Shown here one piece after another: positions 54,856-63,478 of a DNA stretch of 64,000 bases. The stretch covers positions 3,230,031 to 3,294,030 of the forward strand of contig CAXXLX010000001.1 of NCBI GenBank assembly GCA_963665235.2, in the 5' to 3' direction. The position numbers and the translations under genes were made by a program. The notes beneath the pieces were generated by a model. The model made no database searches, was not told the DNA's origin, and saw only the letters and a program-made list of their open reading frames with translations. Source of the stretch: Candidatus Poribacteria bacterium (GTDB lineage: Bacteria; Poribacteria; WGA-4E; WGA-3G). The first letter of the stretch is position 1. Every line of letters starts with the position of its first letter.

Positions 54856-55970
54856 TGAAACCTTACGATGCGGTAACAGCAAACATTGTGGCGGACTGCG
54901 AAGAGGCAGTAAACACCCGGAATAGACTCCATCGAAGGGAATTCTTGGGCCAACTCGGCATTATTGGTGGGGCTTCTGCGCTTAGCACACTCCCCGCATT
55001 CGCACAAAGCAGCGGACAAGTTCCACCTGACACCCAAAAAAAGACGCTGCCTACGCCAGTTGTTGAAGTACTCGGTAAACAGGTGTGGGAGAACGAACAG
55101 CTGAACGAAGCAGCAGCAGGCGAAATGCTCGAACAAGGGTTAATCAAACTTACCGGACGCGATTCCCTAAAAGAAGCTTGGCGCGACTTTGTACTGCCAG
55201 ACGATATTGTCGGCATAAAAATCAATCCGCTCAGCGGGCCCGGGCTAAGCACACATTCTGTTATCGTTGACAAAATTATTGAGGGATTATTCAGCGCAGG
55301 TGTTCTTCGGAAACAGATTATCATCTGGGATCGGTTTAAAGAACACCTCCTTAACGCTGGTTACCCGATTAAAACCGATGAAGGCGATGTCCGAACGCTT
55401 GCCTCCGATATGGAGACTATCGGCTACGATGACGAGGTCTTTTATGAAACCGAGAAGGACAGTAGCACCCGACGCGAAAATGAGAGCATCCGTTCCCGAT
55501 ATTCACGGATTGTCACACAACAGGTGGATGTCATTATTAATGTGCCGGTCCTAAAACATCACGATATAGCAGGCGTGAGCGGATGCTTAAAAAACCTCGC
55601 CTTCGGAAGTGTTGATAATACCCGCAGATTCCATGGGAGACCCATCTACTGCAATCCCGCCATCGGTGAAATTTGTGCACATAAGGTGCTGAAGGAAAAA
55701 TTAACCCTAAATATCGTTGACGGCCTCGTTGCCTCCTATGACCGAGGGCCGACCTATCACGCCGAAAATACATGGAAATATGGCGGAATGTTTATCAGCA
55801 CCGATCCGGTTATTCTTGACGTGCTTATCCTCCAAACTGTCAACCAGAAACGCGAAGAATTAGGGTTGAGTTCTATGTCTAGATACGCTAACTATATCAA
55901 CAACGCAAGTAGCCTCGGCTTAGGTCAGTCTTCGATTGCCCAGGTCGATTTTCAGAAAATTGAGGTTTAA
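54855..55970 (+). CDS. TAT-signal DUF362 domain protein
   Basis: 371 aa. The start overlaps the preceding stop (TGATG). It has the twin-arginine motif HRREFLGQLGIIGGASALSTLPAFA and a DUF362-like core, VGIKINPLSGPGLSTHSVIVDKIIEGL. Confidence 0.65.
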   Translation: MKPYDAVTANIVADCEEAVNTRNRLHRREFLGQLGIIGGASALSTLPAFAQSSGQVPPDTQKKTLPTPVVEVLGKQVWENEQLNEAAAGEMLEQGLIKLTGRDSLKEAWRDFVLPDDIVGIKINPLSGPGLSTHSVIVDKIIEGLFSAGVLRKQIIIWDRFKEHLLNAGYPIKTDEGDVRTLASDMETIGYDDEVFYETEKDSSTRRENESIRSRYSRIVTQQVDVIINVPVLKHHDIAGVSGCLKNLAFGSVDNTRRFHGRPIYCNPAIGEICAHKVLKEKLTLNIVDGLVASYDRGPTYHAENTWKYGGMFISTDPVILDVLILQTVNQKREELGLSSMSRYANYINNASSLGLGQSSIAQVDFQKIEV

Positions 55971-55974
55971 TTTC

Positions 55975-56217
55975 ATGAAATCTGCATGTATCTCTATACT
56001 TATGCTAGCGTGTGTGCTCGCCATCACAGCGACATTTTCAGGCTGCACAGTGACCTTCACATCAAGCGACACGTTACAGCTCAGCCTATCGGAGTCCACA
56101 GAAGAGGTAAAACAGCTAATAGCGGAGTTTGAATCTGATGAGGGAGATAACGTCGCTGGGGATGTGACGCAAAAGGCTGGAAGTGCTTGTGCTGGCGGGG
56201 CATGCATCATCTATTAG
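55975..56217 (+). CDS. Small lipoprotein with a C-terminal Cys pair (GSACAGGACIIY)
   Basis: 80 aa starting at MKSACISILMLACVLAITATFSGC, with a lipobox-like FSGC. It begins 4 nt after the DUF362 stop. The listed ORF 55936-56217 overlaps the upstream gene. Confidence 0.5.
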   Translation: MKSACISILMLACVLAITATFSGCTVTFTSSDTLQLSLSESTEEVKQLIAEFESDEGDNVAGDVTQKAGSACAGGACIIY

Positions 56218-56251
56218 CGAATATCGTGTGTTATATTGCGCGACACTATCA

Positions 56252-58240
56252 TCAATCCTCTATATTCTCTCTTGCCTTAGAGATAATTTTGTGCCAATCC
56301 CAGAGAAGCACTGTCCCATCCCAACTTCCGCTGGCGAGCGTTTGACCGTCGTGTGAAAACACTAACGTCTCTACCGGTTCTGTATGTCCAGACACGGTTG
56401 CCAGAACTTTACCTGTTTCTACATCCCGTAACTGAATTGGATTGTCCCCATCACCCATTCCGGAACAGATGAGCGTTTTACCATCGGGTGAGAACGTCAA
56501 TGCTCCGCCAAATATGCTCATATCTCCGGGGATTACGGTAAGTTTGGTATTCGTTTCATCAAATTTCCACAAATAGATACCATCCCTACCTCTCAGGACA
56601 AGCAAAGAGCTGTCGGGTGAGAAAGCCAAAGCGGTCCCCTCCATAGGGGCTACTTTCGGAGGCGTGTCCGGTGTTTCCACATTCCATACCTGTAGTGGGC
56701 CGTGAGATAGTCCTACTGCAAGCCATTTTCCGTTAGGTGAGAACATCGGTTTGTTTCCAAACGTTGGTCCTTTCACTTCAAAGTGGAACAATTCAACGCC
56801 GGTGTAAACGTGAAATCCTCTAATCTCTTGAAAACCGCTCAACGCAATTATAGTGTGGTTCGGGGCGAATACGGCTGCGTCTACAGTGGAATCCCCCTGT
56901 TTTTTCCACTGTTTAGAGATCTCTTCACCGGTTGCTATCCGCCATAATCGCAGATGGCTGCCCCCGCTGGTACGGCTCTGGAATCCGAAGCTATCTGGAG
57001 AAAATGCTATTAAACCGCTTTTGCCCTGCGTTGCAAAAAGGGTCGCATCCAATGAAAGCACTGCTACATCTGTCACGTCGCTCTGCCCCGCAGTGAAGGT
57101 CTTCTGTCTCTGCCCGGTCTCCAGGCTCCATACGTCCACAATCCCGTTAAACGCTGCAGTTACAAGTGTTGCATCGTTTTCAGAAAACGCAACCGCTTTC
57201 ACCAATTCCGTATGTCCGGTAGCAAGGGTTGTGAGCTCTGTGCCGTTCTGTGGATTCCATAGGCGGATTGTTCCATCCGCGCTACTACTGGCAAGACACC
57301 TGCCGTAAAGTGGCGTTTCCGTAGCTGCGAAGGTTAGAGCACTAATGGTATTTTTATGACCGGTGAGGATTACTTGTTCTTTTTGTGTCTCTACATCCCA
57401 AAGTTTAATGACCTTCCCCGTGTCACCACTCGCAACGGTTTTTCCATCCGGTGAGAATGCAATAGCGGTAATCCAGCCTTCAGGTGTACTGAGCGTCCCA
57501 AGCTTGGCGTGTTTCTGTGTATCCCACAATATCACCTTTTTATTCTCACCGCCACTCGCGAGAATTTTTCCATCCGGTGAGAATGCCAATGCCAGGATTC
57601 CCGAGTCTGTGTCATTTCCATGTCCCTCAAAAATCGCCTGATCGCTGCTCGTCGTTGTGTTCCATAGATGAATTTTCCCATCTCGGTTCGCAATAGCAAG
57701 TTTACTACCATCTTGTGAGAAGGCAACCCTCTCGTATAGATAAGGTATATTTGCCATCGATAATTTGCGCCCGGTATCTACATGCCAATAACTGATTTCA
57801 CGAAGCCCATTTATGCTGATAAGCGTTCTACCGTAAAATGTCAATGCCTCCGACGAAGAGTCTTCGTACGTTAGTGTGATTGATGAAAGTTTGCTTTTAG
57901 TTTTCACATCCCAAATTTGAATAATGGAGGTATTAAATCCACTGCTTGCCAGCATTTTTCCATCCGATGAAAAAGCAAGCGCGTTGACATGTCCAATACG
58001 TTCTGTAAATAGGGCAGTCTCTTTCCCATCCGCCACATCATAGAGCCACAAGCCAACATCTGTCCCGACAGCGAGCTGCGTGCCATCCGGTGAAAAGCGA
58101 ATGATATTAATCCCACCTTTGCCGAGCCGTACGATTGCGCCTTCTGGTAAACCTGCTTCCCTGTTGTCTTGTGCAAAACTGTTTGAGAACGTTATGGCTA
58201 TCAACAACAAAATGATTAGGAATCTATATTTTGATGTCAT
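56252..58240 (-). CDS. Secreted WD40-repeat protein (about 14 repeats)
   Basis: 662 aa with a signal peptide and many SPDG..LASG...I.LWD repeat units. Confidence 0.85.
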   Translation of the reverse strand: MTSKYRFLIILLLIAITFSNSFAQDNREAGLPEGAIVRLGKGGINIIRFSPDGTQLAVGTDVGLWLYDVADGKETALFTERIGHVNALAFSSDGKMLASSGFNTSIIQIWDVKTKSKLSSITLTYEDSSSEALTFYGRTLISINGLREISYWHVDTGRKLSMANIPYLYERVAFSQDGSKLAIANRDGKIHLWNTTTSSDQAIFEGHGNDTDSGILALAFSPDGKILASGGENKKVILWDTQKHAKLGTLSTPEGWITAIAFSPDGKTVASGDTGKVIKLWDVETQKEQVILTGHKNTISALTFAATETPLYGRCLASSSADGTIRLWNPQNGTELTTLATGHTELVKAVAFSENDATLVTAAFNGIVDVWSLETGQRQKTFTAGQSDVTDVAVLSLDATLFATQGKSGLIAFSPDSFGFQSRTSGGSHLRLWRIATGEEISKQWKKQGDSTVDAAVFAPNHTIIALSGFQEIRGFHVYTGVELFHFEVKGPTFGNKPMFSPNGKWLAVGLSHGPLQVWNVETPDTPPKVAPMEGTALAFSPDSSLLVLRGRDGIYLWKFDETNTKLTVIPGDMSIFGGALTFSPDGKTLICSGMGDGDNPIQLRDVETGKVLATVSGHTEPVETLVFSHDGQTLASGSWDGTVLLWDWHKIISKARENIED

Positions 58241-58371
58241 GATGCACTCCTTGGTAATGTGAAAAAAAAGCTTGAGAAAAAATAGGATTTGTGTGATACT
58301 TTAAGAGAATTATACAACAAGTTTTGACAATTTACCATACAAATTTTCAGGACTTAAGAAAGGAAAACGCT

Positions 58372-58671
58372 ATGGTTGAACATATCGTCTTGCTCAAATT
58401 GAAGCCGGACGTTACCGAAGCGCAAGTGGCAGCTTTGCCTGATGCGTTATTAGAAATGGTTGATGAAATTCCGGGAATTGAATCCATAACCGCTGGCACA
58501 AACAACAGCCCCGAAGGCAAAAGCCATGGATACACCTACGGTTTTATCGTACGCTTCACGGACGAAGCCGCTCGAGATGCATATCTACCGCATCCTTTTC
58601 ACCAAAAAGTAGCAGGTGAACAGATTCGTCCGCTCGTTGAGGACGTTTTGGTTTTTGATTACTCCGTTTAA
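58372..58671 (+). CDS. Dabb (stress-responsive A/B barrel) family protein
   Basis: MVEHIVLLKLKPDVTEAQ...GYTYGFIVRFTDEAARDAYLPHPFHQ. The start is taken at MVEH, which follows an AAGGAAA RBS. Confidence 0.75.
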   Translation: MVEHIVLLKLKPDVTEAQVAALPDALLEMVDEIPGIESITAGTNNSPEGKSHGYTYGFIVRFTDEAARDAYLPHPFHQKVAGEQIRPLVEDVLVFDYSV

Positions 58672-58726
58672 TTCAAAATTGCCAAAAAAATCACACATTC
58701 TATAATTTTTTGAGAGGTAATAATAT

Positions 58727-60115
58727 ATGAGTTGGAATATTGTCGTCGTCGTTTCAGATACACTTCGGACAGCCTATTTGAGTCCTTACGGTAACGACTG
58801 GGTTCGGACACCGAATTTAGCCAAGTTTGCTGAGTCGGGGGTCCGATTCACCAATGCACACCCGGAATGTTTACCTACCATTCCGACGCGCCGCACACTT
58901 CATACAGGCAGACGTGTCTATCCATTTAGCTCTTATAACCCGGTGCCGTGGGATAACGTCTATACGCCCGGCTGGCAACCGATGTCTTCGGACGAGCCTG
59001 CAATCGCTGAATCGCTTGCTCGAAACGGGTATCATACTGGCTTCTTCGCGGATGTACCGCACTACTTCGTGCCGGGGATGAACTTCACACGCGGTTTTCG
59101 GCAGTGGCAGTTCGTCAGAGGTCAGGCAGAAGACAGATATCGGGGTGCCGCACACGCCGACCCGAGTCAAGTCGCCCGATACCGTGGCAATCCGGGCCGT
59201 ATCCGTTCGCATATTGTGAACGTCCAACCTGAACAACCTGAGGAGACCTGGCCGACCGCGCGGTTATTCCGTGCCGCCATCGAATTTGTAGAACATAATC
59301 ATAACAACACCCCGTTTTACCTTTATGTTGATGGATTCACACCCCACGAAACATGGGAAGCCCCCATCCATTACTACGACCTTTATGGTAGTCGAGAGGA
59401 TAGAGAACCGATCTGTCTCAACCTTCCCTACGGTTCGCTCAACGATGCGGAGCTTGAGGATAGACTTCCGAGTGTCAAAGCCAACTATGCAGGGTTGGTC
59501 ACGCTTGTGGATACGTGGTTCGGTAGGTTAGTGGATACCATCGACCGGCTCGGATTGCGTGACAACACGTTGATTATTTTTCTTAGCGACCACGGCACTA
59601 ACTTCGCGGAAAATCCTGATAAAGCCACTGGAAAACCGGCTAACTTCATGTACCCCGGCACGATGGACATTCCGTTAATTGTGAGTCATCCATCTGGGGC
59701 AAACGCCGGAACAACGTGTGACGAATTCGTCTATACGCTTGATGTGCCCGCTACCGTCATCGCAGCGAGCCAAGTTGAACCCACTGGCGAAATTGAGGGA
59801 CAAAGTCTACTTCCGCTTGTGGAGGGTAAAGATGGATTCACCTCGCGCGAATACCTAACCTGCCGTTATGTCAACTCTGTCTGGTATAAAGACGCGAAGA
59901 GCTGGTATTTTTCCAGCGTCGACCTCAACAGCGCTACACGCCTCTTTGACCTTGAGGCGGACATAGACTGTCAAAACAACATCGCTGACAGGGGTGCCGA
60001 CCGCATCGCCCTTGCGAAAGAGCGTATCTTAGCCGATGCTGGTGGCCATCTGCCCCATTATAAACGTCAAGGCAGAACAGATGCCCTCGGCAGACCACAG
60101 TTCGCTGAGGAATAG
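58727..60115 (+). CDS. Sulfatase-family (alkaline-phosphatase superfamily) hydrolase with Thr at the formylglycine position
   Basis: 462 aa with VVVVSDTLR and FLSDHG. Aligning PTRRTLHTGR with the PSRxSLLTGR consensus puts T-I-P-T-R where C/S-x-P-x-R is expected. Confidence 0.7.
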   Translation: MSWNIVVVVSDTLRTAYLSPYGNDWVRTPNLAKFAESGVRFTNAHPECLPTIPTRRTLHTGRRVYPFSSYNPVPWDNVYTPGWQPMSSDEPAIAESLARNGYHTGFFADVPHYFVPGMNFTRGFRQWQFVRGQAEDRYRGAAHADPSQVARYRGNPGRIRSHIVNVQPEQPEETWPTARLFRAAIEFVEHNHNNTPFYLYVDGFTPHETWEAPIHYYDLYGSREDREPICLNLPYGSLNDAELEDRLPSVKANYAGLVTLVDTWFGRLVDTIDRLGLRDNTLIIFLSDHGTNFAENPDKATGKPANFMYPGTMDIPLIVSHPSGANAGTTCDEFVYTLDVPATVIAASQVEPTGEIEGQSLLPLVEGKDGFTSREYLTCRYVNSVWYKDAKSWYFSSVDLNSATRLFDLEADIDCQNNIADRGADRIALAKERILADAGGHLPHYKRQGRTDALGRPQFAEE

Positions 60116-60155
60116 CTTCATGTAGAGAGAACGGTTGCACAACAGGATAGAAAAC

Positions 60156-60260
60156 ATGAACCCTGATTTGAAAGAAATTCAGACCCATTGGCGCGTTGTT
60201 CAACCGCTCCTCTCAATTCGCAACGAGGCGGAATATGATAAAGCCATTTTAGCCCCGTAG
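60156..60260 (+). pseudogene. N-terminal remnant of a HigA-like HTH antitoxin, terminated inside a hairpin repeat unit
   Basis: MNPDLKEIQTHWRVVQPLLSIRNEAEYDKAILAP-stop. The stop TAG belongs to the repeat unit TTAGCCCCGTAGGGGCGGTATATTTATAGAA (60249-60279). The call rests on weak similarity only. Confidence 0.3.
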
Positions 60261-60324
60261 GGGCGGTATATTTATAGAATGGATTGTGCCAGCACATTAC
60301 TTCGAAAAATAAGGAGCCTCCGTT

Positions 60325-61560
60325 ATGGCGCATTTTCATTTCAGACAATCTTCAATTGCAATCGTCCTTGTGCTCATAGCACTTACCTTCGTGATGTGTC
60401 AAGAAAGCCCCGCGGATAAAATAGTGTCAAGTCTTCACGGACAGGTTATAGATGTGGAAGGTAAACCGGTTGCAGGTCTCAAACTCGCTATGAAACCTGT
60501 TAAATTTGTAGGGTTTAATGCTGGTTTAGTGCCACGTACACCTTTCTCTTCGTGGGCAAGGGTAGTGACAGATAAGGAGGGGAAATTCTATTTCCATAAT
60601 ATAGGTCGTGTTTCATCACAATTCGTAATGTTCCCGGAACACGGCTCGGATTATGAAATCGTATCAATGGCATTTGGAGATTTAACCTTCTATTCCACTG
60701 CCTACATTCGAAATTTACCATCCTATTTTGGAAAACTCACCTTTACTGTTGGACCGCGCAATCATCTTAAAAATGTGATAGTCAAGGTGAGACCGCCTCG
60801 GATGCGAATTCGGGGACGAATTCTCTTGAAGGATGGCACTCCACTTGCGAATGCAGAAATTGGTCTTACCGTCCGGCATCGCCAGCGGAAGACCCAATTT
60901 CTCTTCTTCTCCGATATCCGTGGTGGTGGCGCGTCAGGAATGGTTAGTACGACCGATGCCGAAGGCTATTTCGTATCATATTATCCACAGGAAGCTGGAG
61001 AATACTCAGTAGCCGTGAAATATGAGGGCGCGTCCGCAAAGTCAAAATGGTTTCGTATTAAAGAGGGACAGCGGTACGATAAGCTCGTTTTGAGACTTAA
61101 AGACTTGGAAAAACATCGTGCTGAACGCAATAAAAGGTTGAAAGCGCGACAAGCGATGTGGACAGTAAATCCTGACAATCACCACGCTTACAAGAAAATT
61201 GTGTGTGACAGCTGGGAAGATGCAAAAGCGAAAGCGGAAGCCGAAGATGCCTATATAGTCGCCATTAATGACGAAGCGGAGCAGCAATGGTTGGCCGCAG
61301 TTTATCCGAAGAAAACGTTCTCTTGGATTGGGCTCCGTGTTCCCAAAAAAGAGGCAGCCTGGCTGTGGGACAGCGGCGAGCCTTTCACCTATGCAAATTG
61401 GATAGCCCCCAAGGCACCCGAGCTTGCGCCTACTATCAATAACGAAGTGCCAGTCGCTATGGAACCCTTTTCAAAGAAATGGATAGCAATTGAGCCTGGA
61501 AGCCCATTCTTATCTGCGATTAAGTACGCAATTCTCGAAAAAGAGGATATGCCTAATTAG
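60325..61560 (+). CDS. Secreted protein with CarboxypepD_reg-like domains and a C-terminal C-type lectin-like domain
   Basis: 411 aa with a signal peptide. It has LHGQVIDVEGKPVAGLKL and IRGRILLKDGTPLANAEI. The CTLD reads HHAYKKIVCDSWEDAKAKAEAEDAYIVAINDEAEQQWL...WIGL...AAWLWDSGEPFTYANW. Confidence 0.75.
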   Translation: MAHFHFRQSSIAIVLVLIALTFVMCQESPADKIVSSLHGQVIDVEGKPVAGLKLAMKPVKFVGFNAGLVPRTPFSSWARVVTDKEGKFYFHNIGRVSSQFVMFPEHGSDYEIVSMAFGDLTFYSTAYIRNLPSYFGKLTFTVGPRNHLKNVIVKVRPPRMRIRGRILLKDGTPLANAEIGLTVRHRQRKTQFLFFSDIRGGGASGMVSTTDAEGYFVSYYPQEAGEYSVAVKYEGASAKSKWFRIKEGQRYDKLVLRLKDLEKHRAERNKRLKARQAMWTVNPDNHHAYKKIVCDSWEDAKAKAEAEDAYIVAINDEAEQQWLAAVYPKKTFSWIGLRVPKKEAAWLWDSGEPFTYANWIAPKAPELAPTINNEVPVAMEPFSKKWIAIEPGSPFLSAIKYAILEKEDMPN

Positions 61561-61566
61561 GGCGCG

Positions 61567-61930
61567 TTCTGTAGGAGCGTGCTTCGCACGCGACCCTTCT
61601 GTAGGAGTGTGCTTCGCACGCGACCCTTCTGTAGGAGTGTGCTTCGCACGCGACCTCTTCTGTAGGAGCGTGCTTCGCACGCGACTCTTCCGTAGGAGCG
61701 TGCTTCGCACGCGACCTCTTCTGTAGGAGCGTGCTTCGCACGCGACTCTTCTGTAGGAGCGTGCTTCGCACGCGACCTCTTCTGTAGGAGCGTGCTTCGC
61801 ACGCGATGCTTTCTGTAGGGGCGTGCTTCGCACGCGACCTCTTCTGTAGGAGCGTGCTTCGCACGCGATGCTTTCTGTAGGGGCGTGCTTCGCACGCGAC
61901 CTCTTCTGTAGGAGCGTGCTTCGCACGCGA
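61567..61930 (+). repeat. Tandem array of 12 GTAG-headed REP-like palindromes, ~30-31 bp period
   Basis: The unit TTCTGTAGGAGCGTGCTTCGCACGCGAC(C/T)(C)(T)C has stem GCGTGC/GCACGC and loop TTC. Variants GGAGTGTGC and GGGGCGTGC, together with linker variants, give ~61-bp higher-order repeats. The array fills the whole spacer between two paralogous genes. Confidence 0.9.
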
Positions 61931-61951
61931 TATTAAGGAGAATTAATTGTC

Positions 61952-63436
61952 ATGACCCGTCTTCCTTTCACCAAACAGATTTTTGTATGGTTAACAATAG
62001 GTATTGTGTGGGGACTCGCTGCAGCGGATTGGGAAGCTGCCGCCGAGCAATCGTCAACGTTATCCGGACGCGTTATCAATGCCGAAGGTAAACCACTTGT
62101 CGAAACCCCCATCGTCCTGCTATACGTCAAAATTGCCGAAAATGGCACAGTAGACACCCTATTTGACAGGGTGCTGTATCCTTTTCTCCGCCAGATGCCG
62201 GCCGCCGATACGCCATCCCATCTTAACAGGAGAAGGCAAGCACTTAATCAGAAGCTGCCGCATCCCCCCTTTTTGGAAACCGAAACCGATTCAGCCGGAC
62301 AATTCACCTTCACCGACATCGTTACGGGCCCTGTACAATTAATGGTCCTGCCGATGGAAAATGAGCAGTCACCGCCTCCCGCGGACCCGCACTTCATTAA
62401 GCCGCTACCCGAAATTCAGACCATTACGTTCGGAAAAATGAAATTTCACCCGACTTTATCCATTTTTTTCCCACTGCTCGACACAGTCACCTTTGCTATT
62501 AAGCCGGGCGTAAACCTCCAAAACGTAGAAGTCAAAATGGCAGTCCCCAGAGAAATTCGGGGCAGAATTGTTTTCAAAAATGGTGAACCGCTCGCCGACA
62601 CAACCTTTAAGATTAACCTCAGTCTGCTTGACGTTGACCCCGACATGCTGCTAGGTATGGGCCAGATAGATGAATTCGGCATCTGGTACCCATTAAATAC
62701 GGATGCCGATGGAAATTTCGTCCTTCCTTTCCATGCATCTATGAATTGTGTACTATCCGTTAACCATCGTGGACTTTCCACAGCACTAAAACCGTTTATC
62801 ATCGAAGAGGGAAAAATCCCCGAAACTGTTGTTCTAATGCTCAACGGCAATCCCGAAGACCTTGCCGAACTGCCACCTGAAATTCCCGAAGAGCATCAAT
62901 ACCTCCTACCGAACGTCCCAGGTACCTGGATAGTGAACCCCGCAAATGGACACGCCTACAAATGGATTGCCTGTAAGAATCGTGAGGATGCACAAGTCAA
63001 GGCGGAGGCCGAAGGCGCGCATCTGCTTACAATTAATAGTGAAACTGAACAGATATGGATTGAAGCTGTCTTTGAATACGGCCCCTATTGGATTGGATTG
63101 ACCGACATGCTAAAAGAGGGGGAATGGCTGTGGGAAACTGGAGAGCCTGTCACATACACCAATTGGAAAAAGCCCGATGTAATTGAAGAGAATTCCGATG
63201 AACCCCCGGCTCTTCTCAAGTTCTTCGGGGTCAAAAGTGAGGAGCAACGCCAGAAGGATGAAGAGGCGGACTACGCCATTATACCCGCACGCTGGTGGGG
63301 CGCAATCGGGCAATGGGTAGCAGTTGACGAAGAAGGCAGATTTCACGGAGAAATCCTGATGGCAATTATTGAGCGGGATGGAATGCGCTCAAAACTACTC
63401 AACTTGCCACCTGACATGAAACCAAACAGAAAGTGA
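61952..63436 (+). CDS. Secreted protein with CarboxypepD_reg-like domains and a C-terminal C-type lectin-like domain; paralog of 60325-61560
   Basis: 494 aa with LSGRVINAEGKPLVETPI and IRGRIVFKNGEPLADTTF. The CTLD reads GHAYKWIACKNREDAQVKAEAEGAHLLTINSETEQIWI...WIGLTDMLKEGEWLWETGEPVTYTNW. Confidence 0.75.
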   Translation: MTRLPFTKQIFVWLTIGIVWGLAAADWEAAAEQSSTLSGRVINAEGKPLVETPIVLLYVKIAENGTVDTLFDRVLYPFLRQMPAADTPSHLNRRRQALNQKLPHPPFLETETDSAGQFTFTDIVTGPVQLMVLPMENEQSPPPADPHFIKPLPEIQTITFGKMKFHPTLSIFFPLLDTVTFAIKPGVNLQNVEVKMAVPREIRGRIVFKNGEPLADTTFKINLSLLDVDPDMLLGMGQIDEFGIWYPLNTDADGNFVLPFHASMNCVLSVNHRGLSTALKPFIIEEGKIPETVVLMLNGNPEDLAELPPEIPEEHQYLLPNVPGTWIVNPANGHAYKWIACKNREDAQVKAEAEGAHLLTINSETEQIWIEAVFEYGPYWIGLTDMLKEGEWLWETGEPVTYTNWKKPDVIEENSDEPPALLKFFGVKSEEQRQKDEEADYAIIPARWWGAIGQWVAVDEEGRFHGEILMAIIERDGMRSKLLNLPPDMKPNRK

Positions 63437-63478
63437 TGACCGCCAGCTTTACAAAACATACCGAAAAAGGAAAATCAG

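Noticed and set aside
61510-61926. Three overlapping minus-strand ORFs (103-138 aa) with repetitive RSTLLQK/ACEARSYRR sequence
   Set aside because: They are translations of the 12-copy REP array and have no independent coding evidence.
60325-63436. Diversity-generating retroelement targeting the C-type lectin-like genes
   Set aside because: No reverse transcriptase ORF is in the window. I could not find a template/variable repeat pair: there is no near-identical ~100-bp copy of either gene's 3' end with adenine-specific differences. The intervening repeats are REP-like palindromes, not a template repeat.
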